64,000 nt of DNA, from assembly GCA_905211265.1 (NCBI GenBank), contig CAJMAC010000001.1:2412-66411 (forward strand). The letters run 5' to 3'. The position numbers were made by a program, and so were the translations under genes. Shown here one piece after another: positions 56,695-64,000 of this stretch (within the stretch, counting starts at the first letter, position 1; each line of letters begins with the position of its first letter). The stretch comes from an uncultured Eubacteriales bacterium (GTDB taxonomy: Bacteria > Bacillota_I > Bacilli_A > RF39 > UBA660). The notes beneath the pieces are model-generated. The model saw only the letters and a program-made list of their open reading frames with translations, made no database searches and was not told the DNA's origin.

Positions 56695-58284
56695 TTAATA
56701 ACCATTTTCAAATGGTTTAAACTTATAATATATATCTACATTTTTATTTTCATCTATAACTATCTTATCTATGATACTAGATAATAATTGTACACTAGGC
56801 TTTTTCATAGATAAGTATTCCTTTATAATATTATCATATTTCTTGTTATTATCAGTTATATTATTCTTTATATTATATATTTTAGTTTTTATTTCTGCTA
56901 TCTCGTTTTGTTTAGTGATTGTTTCTTCAGTTATTCTATTACACATTCTTTTATACATTTCTAAATCAATAATACCCTCTAATTTATCATTGTATAAGTC
57001 TTCTTTCTTCTTACTACTACATTCAACATCATTTAATAACTTTTTCAATCTTATTTCTAACTCATTTAATATTTTTTTAGTTTTATCACTATTGGCTAAT
57101 ACATTTTTTAAATCACTAGCCTTTAAATATTTTTTACACATTTTCTTTATCTCTTTTAAAACTAAATCTTCTAACTCATAATATTTAGTATTATGTGGAG
57201 TGCATAAATCATATTTTTTATGTTTAGCCCAATAATTACAATTACCATAACATCTTGTAACTTCACCTTTCTTTTTGGTATTAACTTTTTGAAGTCTAAA
57301 ACCTATTGTATGTCCACACTCTTTGCAATACACAAAACCTTTTAACAATATATCTTGTGTATTTTTACCTTGATTTTTGTTCCTATTATATATGTCTTGT
57401 GCTAAATTAAAAGTCTCTCTATCAATAATAGCAGGACATTTACCCTCACAAATTATCCAATCTTCTTTTTTGGGTCTTATTCTTTTTTTTGACTTATAAC
57501 TAGGTTTCTTTGACCTACCTTGTGTCAAATCACCAACATATGTAGGTAAAGTCAACATATCACTTATAGTCCTATTATTCCATATACCATAAGCAGTTGA
57601 CTTCATACCAACATTAAGTCCTTTGTATTCGCTAGGAATAGGAATTTTTTCATCAGTTAGAATTCTAGATATCTCACATATTCCTTTGCCACTAACAAAT
57701 AAATCAAATATTTTTTTAACAATTTGTGAAGCCTTTTCATCAACAATTAATTTGTATTTATTATTAGGGTCTTTTTTATAACCAAATGGAGCAGTTTTTC
57801 CTAAAAAATTGCCTTGACTTCTTTTATTATATACACTTGCTTTCATCTTTTTAGATGTATCTCTTACGTGTTTTTCATTAAAGAAACATTGTATAGGTAT
57901 CATTTCATTAGATGTATTATACTCATCAAATGTATCAACATTATCAAGTATAGCAACATACCTTATTCCATTTTCATAGAAATAATCTAAATATCTTAAT
58001 TGTTGTCCCTCATTTCTACCAAATCTCGATAAATCTTTAGTAATTACCATATTAATACGTTTAGCCTCAATATCTTCAATTAATCTATTCCAACCAACCC
58101 TATCAAATTGTGTACCACTAACACCATCATCTACATACTCATCTATATATAATAAATTATTATCCCTTATATATTTATGTATGATGTCCCTTTGATTAGA
58201 AATACTACCACTTTCACCTTTTAACTCATCTTCACGAGATAATCTTAAATAAATACCTACTTTGTATGTTTCACTACCTACCAT
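56695..58284 (-). CDS. Large serine recombinase (TnpX/SpoIVCA/SprA type)
   Basis: VGIYLRLSREDE..SGSISNQRD catalytic N-terminus, recombinase domain, Zn ribbon CKECGH..C.GNC, coiled coil and DUF4368-like C-terminus. ATG 58284 follows GGAGG (the track start is upstream). Confidence 0.92.
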   Translation of the reverse strand: MVGSETYKVGIYLRLSREDELKGESGSISNQRDIIHKYIRDNNLLYIDEYVDDGVSGTQFDRVGWNRLIEDIEAKRINMVITKDLSRFGRNEGQQLRYLDYFYENGIRYVAILDNVDTFDEYNTSNEMIPIQCFFNEKHVRDTSKKMKASVYNKRSQGNFLGKTAPFGYKKDPNNKYKLIVDEKASQIVKKIFDLFVSGKGICEISRILTDEKIPIPSEYKGLNVGMKSTAYGIWNNRTISDMLTLPTYVGDLTQGRSKKPSYKSKKRIRPKKEDWIICEGKCPAIIDRETFNLAQDIYNRNKNQGKNTQDILLKGFVYCKECGHTIGFRLQKVNTKKKGEVTRCYGNCNYWAKHKKYDLCTPHNTKYYELEDLVLKEIKKMCKKYLKASDLKNVLANSDKTKKILNELEIRLKKLLNDVECSSKKKEDLYNDKLEGIIDLEMYKRMCNRITEETITKQNEIAEIKTKIYNIKNNITDNNKKYDNIIKEYLSMKKPSVQLLSSIIDKIVIDENKNVDIYYKFKPFENGY

Positions 58285-58343
58285 AATTACCTCCTTTTTT
58301 AGTGGTAGCAAAACCATTTCAATACACTTATATTATACCATTT

Positions 58344-58448
58344 TTAGCCTTGTTTTACTAGAGTTTCATTGTAGTAAAGCACTAGAAATTGTTCTATAAT
58401 TTCTTGAAATGATTTGCCTTTTTCATCAAAATAACTTGTCACTTTCAT
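58344..58448 (-). CDS. Small ORF (34 aa) upstream of the recombinase
   Basis: Not in the track. AGGTGA SD 7 nt before the ATG; MKVTSYFDEKGKSFQEIIEQFLVLYYNETLVKQG. Confidence 0.3.
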   Translation of the reverse strand: MKVTSYFDEKGKSFQEIIEQFLVLYYNETLVKQG

Positions 58449-58476
58449 ATAACAATCACCTACTAAAACATATGAA

Positions 58477-58818
58477 TTACACATTGAATTCTTGCTTAAT
58501 AATTTTGTCGTTTTCGGTTTGCAATTGAATTCTTATATTTTTAGACTTTTCTAAAGCATTAATTACTCTTTCATCTACTTGCATAAATCTTTTGCCACCA
58601 ATAGTAACCTCATAAATAGCATTAAATGGCTCAAAATTTTTCATCAATGAATTATATTCATCATAATTGAAATTTAGAGTTTTCATAATTTTATTTATTG
58701 TTGCCCTAGTTCTGTGTTTATCCCACAAACGTAAAATTCCATCATTATAATCAAAAGTACATAATATTTTTAGAAATAGTATCAATGAATGATTATAAGT
58801 ATACGTTCTTTTACTCAT
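58477..58818 (-). CDS. Hypothetical protein of the element
   Basis: 113 aa. Overlaps the upstream ATPase gene by 8 nt. Confidence 0.5.
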   Translation of the reverse strand: MSKRTYTYNHSLILFLKILCTFDYNDGILRLWDKHRTRATINKIMKTLNFNYDEYNSLMKNFEPFNAIYEVTIGGKRFMQVDERVINALEKSKNIRIQLQTENDKIIKQEFNV

Positions 58819-59848
58819 ATCTATTCACCTCACTTTCTACATTGCAACTTTGTACATTGCTATCTAGTGGGCTACTTAAAGCCCAATATGTTCTGCTATT
58901 TTTTTTGATTTGATGTATTTTATTATTTTTATTTAAAATACTTCTTGCTCCATCAAAAGTACGTTTACTAAAACCACCTATTTTACATAAATCTTGAAGT
59001 TCATTTGCAGTTATTTCTTTTTTACTAGCAATACACCCTAATATAAAGTTTTTTGCATTTTCAAATTTTGTATTAATATCTTGGCTTATTAACTCATCTG
59101 CATTAACTTCTCCTCTATCCTCAAGCCATTCAAGACCATTTTTACTTATTTTATAACTCAAACAATGCCCCTCTTTTGCAACATTACTTGTTGTATGTAT
59201 AAATAACCTTTCATCGTTTCCAGTATCTTTTACTACCATTAACATAGACCTTGCAAAGCCTACAAAGTCTATAGAGCCAGCACCTTTATATATTGCTTTC
59301 GTTTCATTGCCCTTTTTTAAATGTTGTACAAGAACAATAGCAACATTATATTGTTCTGCAAGTATTTTTAGAGGTGCTAAAGCATTTCTAACTTGTACCA
59401 TAGAATTACTATCACCATCACCCATATAGGCTTGTATAGGGTCTATAACAACTAATACAGGCTTTTGTTCTTCGATTAATTTTTCTAATTTTTCTAAACT
59501 ATTAAAGTAAAGTTTTTCTTGCTTTTCATCTACACAAAATACTCTTGTAGTATCTGCTTTTTGCTTTTCAAAACGTTCTTTTAATGAATATTCTATAGGG
59601 TCATCACTATTTTGAAATATGACGTTACCTACATCAAATTTTTCACAACTTAAAGGCTTATAATCTCCCCTAGTTATTCTAGAAATAATATCTATTAACA
59701 TAAATGTCTTACCACACTTTGGGTCACCTTGAACAATAGATACCATTCCTTTTGGTAGATATGGAAACCATAACCAATCAATTTGTTTAGTCTCCACATC
59801 TGAATACTTAATAAAGTATTTATTTTCATTTATTTGTTTTTCTTTCAT
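58811..59848 (-). CDS. RecA-fold AAA_25/RepA-like ATPase with C-terminal wHTH-like region
   Basis: Walker A GDPKCGKT, Walker B VLVVIDP, LVQHLKKG. ATG 59848 follows AAGGAGAG (the track start is a GTG at 59902). Confidence 0.75.
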   Translation of the reverse strand: MKEKQINENKYFIKYSDVETKQIDWLWFPYLPKGMVSIVQGDPKCGKTFMLIDIISRITRGDYKPLSCEKFDVGNVIFQNSDDPIEYSLKERFEKQKADTTRVFCVDEKQEKLYFNSLEKLEKLIEEQKPVLVVIDPIQAYMGDGDSNSMVQVRNALAPLKILAEQYNVAIVLVQHLKKGNETKAIYKGAGSIDFVGFARSMLMVVKDTGNDERLFIHTTSNVAKEGHCLSYKISKNGLEWLEDRGEVNADELISQDINTKFENAKNFILGCIASKKEITANELQDLCKIGGFSKRTFDGARSILNKNNKIHQIKKNSRTYWALSSPLDSNVQSCNVESEVNRYE

Positions 59849-59963
59849 TTTATCTCTCTCCTTTTTTAGAGGACTAGTCCTTTTCTTTGTCGACATATAC
59901 ACTATAACACGAGGTTTTTATTATCTTCCGAAACTATGATATAATATAGGTGAGGTGAATAAA

Positions 59964-60479
59964 ATGATTGATTATAAAAGTGAAGAATTTAGAAAATTTA
60001 AATTAGCAAATTTACGTCGTTACAATATTTGGGAAGAAGATATAAAAAAAACACCTATGCTTTCAATAAAAGAATTTAATAAATATATGGAAAATGAAGA
60101 ATATATTGATGAAGAAATTCTTGATGATGGTACGGCTCGTCCTACTATTTTAATCAAATATAAAAACAATTTAACTAAATTAATTAAGTTATTAGAAAAA
60201 GAATTTAATATTAAACATTCAAAAGGTGGAAGAAAACCTAAATTAACTATTGAAGATAAGTTAAGAGCAACTGTTGAATATTTAAGTACTAACAAATCTT
60301 TTTTCGAAATAGCCAAAGAATATAATATACACGAAAGTAATATGTATGAAGCAATATTATGGGTTATAGATACACTTACCAAACAAAAAATAATTATTAG
60401 TGAAAAAGATGAAAATAACAGAATAATTGCTTTTGTTAATTGCAAAAAATTATATTTTTTAGATATTAAAAAGATGTAA
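59964..60479 (+). CDS. HTH protein related to the N-terminal HTH of IS5/Harbinger-type DDE transposases; no DDE domain
   Basis: GRKPKLTIEDKLRATVEYLSTNKSFFEIAKEYNIHESNMYEAILWVIDTL resembles HTH_Tnp_4. The ORF ends about 40 aa later. ATG 59964 follows AGGTGAGG. Confidence 0.55.
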   Translation: MIDYKSEEFRKFKLANLRRYNIWEEDIKKTPMLSIKEFNKYMENEEYIDEEILDDGTARPTILIKYKNNLTKLIKLLEKEFNIKHSKGGRKPKLTIEDKLRATVEYLSTNKSFFEIAKEYNIHESNMYEAILWVIDTLTKQKIIISEKDENNRIIAFVNCKKLYFLDIKKM

Positions 60480-60503
60480 CATAAAAAACGCTACATCTTT
60501 TTA
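60472..60503 (+). terminator. Rho-independent terminator
   Basis: AGATGTA-13 nt-TACATCT followed by TTTT. Confidence 0.5.
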
Positions 60504-60592
60504 AATAAAATCATTAGTAAATTTATTTATAACAATTATTTAAATAATCTTTGTATTTATTCGTTTTACATTCTACATTTACAATAATGACA

Positions 60593-61000
60593 TTAACTTT
60601 TTTTCTTACTATTCCAAATTTTAAATCTAATATCGTGTAGTATTTGTATTATTTCTGCTAGTGCAAATATTCCTAGTGAAACACCATCATATGTTAGCCA
60701 AATTGTCATCAAAGAACTGAATTCTATCTCATCATATTCATTTTGCCCTAGTATAAAACCTAATATAAAACCTAACACAATTATTATCCAAGCAATTACT
60801 TTTAATATACTAGAGATAGTATTTTTTTCTTGCATTATTTTTTCTAATCTCATATCAAGATTTTCTGTATTGTATTCTTTTAAATTATTACAATATGGAC
60901 AGCCTTTTTCTAAATCTTTTACTTCTCTACCACAATTAACACATTTAATCTTTTTACCATTTTTATAATCTTCTAAATTATCAAAAAAATCATCTTTCAT
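60593..61000 (-). CDS. Zinc-ribbon membrane protein
   Basis: CVNCG..(13)..CPYCN followed by two TM segments. Confidence 0.6.
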   Translation of the reverse strand: MKDDFFDNLEDYKNGKKIKCVNCGREVKDLEKGCPYCNNLKEYNTENLDMRLEKIMQEKNTISSILKVIAWIIIVLGFILGFILGQNEYDEIEFSSLMTIWLTYDGVSLGIFALAEIIQILHDIRFKIWNSKKKS

Positions 61001-61577
61001 TTTTTACCTCCAATTTCTTTAGTTTGTTAAGTCCATATAACCTAAAATATAATATTACTGGTATATAATATATTGTTTCTATAATACATTTAATTACTAC
61101 ATCAAACTTAATTATTCCATAAGTTGACTTATTAATAATAGAACCAATTAAGCATATAAAGTATACTAGTATGCTTACTATACACATTATATTAGGCTTA
61201 ATAATACTTTTATTTTTAGAATAGAATGTCATTCCTAAACTAATAATCAATGTAACAAACAATGGTATATAGTTAGATAATATTAGCCTAATACTAATAA
61301 AATTACCACTAATAAATAATTTTCCAACATATGTACATCTTATTAATAATACAACTATAAAGTTTATAAATACTATTGTATTCAATACATTTAATTTTAT
61401 ATGACTTTTAGAAATTACCAAAATGTAATATAAAAGTAATATTAAACAACCACTAGTAGCAAAATCAAATAAATTTACAACTATGGTATAAGTTTTAAAA
61501 GTACTAATAAAAGATACAACAAGTAGTATTATGGAGATTATAACCAGTAATTTTGGGTTATCAAAAATTTTTTTCAT
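60990..61577 (-). CDS. Polytopic membrane protein (about 6 TM)
   Basis: Wholly hydrophobic 195 aa. 11-nt overlap with the downstream zinc-ribbon gene. Divergent from the XRE gene. Confidence 0.6.
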   Translation of the reverse strand: MKKIFDNPKLLVIISIILLVVSFISTFKTYTIVVNLFDFATSGCLILLLYYILVISKSHIKLNVLNTIVFINFIVVLLIRCTYVGKLFISGNFISIRLILSNYIPLFVTLIISLGMTFYSKNKSIIKPNIMCIVSILVYFICLIGSIINKSTYGIIKFDVVIKCIIETIYYIPVILYFRLYGLNKLKKLEVKNER

Positions 61578-61679
61578 TGTTTACGTACTCCTTTCTAATA
61601 TTTATTATAACATAAATTCTAACTACTGGCGCATATAATTCTAACTGATAGTTGTATAAAATAATATTAGGTGGTGTAA

Positions 61680-61937
61680 ATGGAAAATAAAAGCCACTTC
61701 CACGACAACTACTATTATTATGACATTGTTAGGAAAAACATTAAAAAGTACAGAAAAACGGCTAATCTTACACAACAAGAGTTAGCCGATAAAATAGAAG
61801 TATCTATGCATTATATTTCACAAATTGAAAGTGCAAATCCTAATAAATACTTTACTCTAGTAGTTATTGGAAGAATTGCCGACGCATTAAATATTGATAT
61901 TAGACAATTATTTGATGATGTCGACACTACAAAATAG
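61680..61937 (+). CDS. XRE-family HTH regulator (element repressor candidate)
   Basis: IKKYRKTANLTQQELADKIEVSMHYISQIESAN. Confidence 0.85.
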   Translation: MENKSHFHDNYYYYDIVRKNIKKYRKTANLTQQELADKIEVSMHYISQIESANPNKYFTLVVIGRIADALNIDIRQLFDDVDTTK

Positions 61938-61965
61938 TATAATTGCCGTTATGCTATTTTTTTTG
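61934..61965 (+). terminator. Rho-independent terminator after the XRE gene
   Basis: ATAGTATAA-ttgccg-TTATGCTAT followed by TTTTTTT. Confidence 0.55.
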
Positions 61966-62259
61966 ATACTTCTCCATAAATATACCATAATACTAAGAAA
62001 CAATGAACCTATGAGTGAATTTTTTATTTAAAAAACTTTCTCTTTTTTATACCTTACAAAAAAATAAGGAGTTTATTTGCTTTTTAATGCTATATCACTA
62101 ATTATAATATAAACAAAAATAGTAGTTGTAAAATACCCTACTATCTTGTATTTATTTCATAAACATTATTTTTATCATACTATCTTACTTAAATAAAAAA
62201 TTAATATAATTATTAACAAGTCGCAAAGTGCAAAGTTGCAAACTAAAGTTTTGGTTGCA

Positions 62260-63432
62260 TTAGTTATTTGATGATATGATATCAAACTTTCTTTCTTTTG
62301 TATTTCTAGTAAACATTTCTTGTAGTTCTGTTTCATCGATTATTGATTGACAAAAATATATTGCATTTAATAATCTTAATACTTCAACTTTTTTATTTAA
62401 ATACCTTACTCCATGTGAATTTAAATGCCTAGATAAAGTTTTTGTTTTTGACATTTTAAAATTTTTTTCATTAGCGTATAGTTTTAAATAAAAATTATTT
62501 AAAATATCTACCTTTATATACATTTCATAACTAAATTCATCAGGTGGGCAACTATTTATATAATTCAACATACTTTCAATAATTTTATACGATAAGTGTT
62601 GATTTTCACTATTTGGTTCTAATAATTGTAACGTTAAACCATCCAACATTGTTATTAATGATGTGATACAAATTGCATAATCTTCTCTAAAATATGCATT
62701 TTCTACTTGTTTTACTAATTCTTTTTTATCCTTACTTTTGCATTGTTTTTTTATCTTACTAAATAATCTTTTTGTTCTATTCACATTAAAATATTTTAAA
62801 ATATACTCATCAAATTCTTTCTGTGTAGTATATTTAGACAATTTTTGAATATTATTATATTCATATTCAAATGGTATTACCCAATAGAATTGGTCTAGTA
62901 TCTTACTATCTAATCCACTTAGCCTAGGTAAACTCTTGAAATCAATAGTTTCAAATATTTTTCCAATAGAATTTAAAGAACTACTAACGTTTTTAAAAAC
63001 ACTATTTATATCTAAAGCATCAATAATGCTCTTAACACTATTTTCTAAATTATAAGCAGTATTTATATTAGCAAAAATGTTCAACTTGTTCATAAATTCA
63101 AAATTTATATCTTTAATAGTATTATAAAGTTCAGTATTATATAGAGGATTATTTATTGTTTTTATTTGTTCACTTAAAAAATTGGTTTTCTTAATAATAT
63201 TTTGAGTATAATTAAATTGACTTTTATAATTTTTTATAAATTGCTCCAAGGGTGATTGGTATTTTAAAACATCAAAACTTTTAAAAAGTTCACTCTTTAA
63301 AGGATTATCAAAAGGAAAAAGATTAGCAGATAATTTTACTTGTTTGGCAACTAAATTAGTTAAATTATTTTTTGGTAAATCTTCTTTAACTTCAATTGAA
63401 GTTTTTAAATCGTTATTATCTTTATTACACAT
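62260..63432 (-). CDS. Hypothetical protein with C-terminal HEPN-like four-helix region (Rx4H)
   Basis: 390 aa. The last about 150 aa are predicted helical, with LSRHLNSHG (R335-H340, bases 62413-62430) between the third and fourth helices. The functional call is tentative. Confidence 0.55.
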   Translation of the reverse strand: MCNKDNNDLKTSIEVKEDLPKNNLTNLVAKQVKLSANLFPFDNPLKSELFKSFDVLKYQSPLEQFIKNYKSQFNYTQNIIKKTNFLSEQIKTINNPLYNTELYNTIKDINFEFMNKLNIFANINTAYNLENSVKSIIDALDINSVFKNVSSSLNSIGKIFETIDFKSLPRLSGLDSKILDQFYWVIPFEYEYNNIQKLSKYTTQKEFDEYILKYFNVNRTKRLFSKIKKQCKSKDKKELVKQVENAYFREDYAICITSLITMLDGLTLQLLEPNSENQHLSYKIIESMLNYINSCPPDEFSYEMYIKVDILNNFYLKLYANEKNFKMSKTKTLSRHLNSHGVRYLNKKVEVLRLLNAIYFCQSIIDETELQEMFTRNTKERKFDIISSNN

Positions 63433-63446
63433 AATAAATTTATACC

Positions 63447-63971
63447 CTATTTTACTCCTAAAAACAAAGGCAATAATGCTGTTGCCACATCTACACCTTT
63501 ATCAGCAACCCAAGTCAAAAAAGTTTTCAATTTTTTCCATTTATTTCTCTTTGTGTCTTTTGATTTTACTATCGTCTCTATTTCATCAATTTTTGATAAT
63601 ATTTCTTCTAACTCATTATCATTAAGATTATCCATATTTTGTATTGTTTTTCTTGCTTCTTCAAACGACATATTTATATTTGTAATATTTGTATTAGTGT
63701 TTGTATTAGTGTTTGTCATATTATTATTAAAAATTGGTTGGCTATTTTTTCTATCTTCAAAATTTTTAAAACCATTTGCTTTAAAGGAAATTAATAATGA
63801 TTTAATTCTCTTAAAATTAATATCAATAGAGCTTTGCCCAATATCTTCATCATAAAAATCTCTGTTTTTATAATATCCATATAATCCATTACCAAAATTA
63901 TTAATCATATTATTATATTTTGAAGTTAACTCAATATAGAAATCCTTCTTTTCTTCATAAGTCATAGACAT
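63447..63971 (-). CDS. Hypothetical protein with (TN)n low-complexity linker and amphipathic/hydrophobic C-terminus
   Basis: 174 aa. NMTNTNTNTNTNITN is encoded by a 12-bp tandem repeat (63688-63716). C-terminus is KWKKLKTFLTWVADKGVDVATALLPLFLGVK. Confidence 0.55.
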   Translation of the reverse strand: MSMTYEEKKDFYIELTSKYNNMINNFGNGLYGYYKNRDFYDEDIGQSSIDINFKRIKSLLISFKANGFKNFEDRKNSQPIFNNNMTNTNTNTNTNITNINMSFEEARKTIQNMDNLNDNELEEILSKIDEIETIVKSKDTKRNKWKKLKTFLTWVADKGVDVATALLPLFLGVK

Positions 63972-64000
63972 AGTATTATCCAGTTTTTCTAAGTCATCAT

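Larger units (their letters stand above)
56674..64000. mobile_element. Integrated element (prophage remnant/ICE-like) bounded on the left by a large serine recombinase; right end beyond the window
   Basis: Recombinase at the junction. AAA_25 ATPase, XRE repressor, orphan HTH, small membrane proteins, candidate Abi genes. No housekeeping genes from 56.7 kb onward. Confidence 0.65.

Noticed and set aside
63688-63716. 12-bp tandem repeat (TTTGTATTAGTG x about 2.4) as a possible phase-variation switch.
   Set aside because: The unit length is a multiple of three, so slippage would only change the (TN)n linker length and would not shift the frame. Noted as a feature of the 174-aa ORF only.
1-64000. 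Alternative genetic code (TGA = Trp) suggested by the extreme AT richness.
   Set aside because: Conserved genes (ruvB, obg, proS, mraY, spoVD) are full length under code 11, and Trp positions I checked are TGG.

Overview
Very AT-rich (by eye about three quarters A+T), densely packed, mostly minus-strand chromosomal segment from an endospore-forming Firmicute. It uses the standard bacterial code, stops are mostly TAA, and Trp is TGG. No rRNA and no CRISPR array. Core genes: ruvB, a Nudix hydrolase, tRNA-Arg(TCT), gerM, gerE, spoIIIAH, a degenerate GGDEF receptor, obg, secG, proS, tRNA-Ala(TGC) and tRNA-Pro(TGG), rpoZ, cmk, two MOP flippases (MurJ/YtgP-like and SpoVB-like), a dinJ-yafQ toxin-antitoxin pair, gpr, rpsT, a trimmed dcw block (spoVD-mraY-spoVE), nfo, rsmD and ylbD/ylbE-like genes. 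Accessory content falls in four places. (1) 15.7-23.2 kb is a surface-protein island: a translationally coupled SH3b / cohesin-like anchor / LRR-dockerin operon, plus two Cys-rich proteins ending in an unusual SNPNTG sorting signal. (2) 38.9-48.2 kb holds an OmpR/HK two-component system with a MacB/FtsX-type ABC transporter, a Sel1-repeat protein, a sortase and a putative thioester (TQxxxW) adhesin ending in VPNTF. (3) 53.7-55.9 kb is a GT2 + GT-C glycosylation cassette bracketed by exact 42-bp direct repeats. (4) From about 56.67 kb to the window end is an integrated element whose large serine recombinase stop codon lies 21 nt from a 5'-truncated ydcC-like sporulation lipoprotein gene. I read this as a candidate skin/SPbeta-style intervening element in a sporulation gene. 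The element also carries a candidate HEPN (Rx4H) abortive-infection module. At the left edge, an ATP-grasp D-aspartate-ligase-like domain is fused in frame to an aspartate racemase. All family calls come from motifs I recognised by eye; none were checked against a database.
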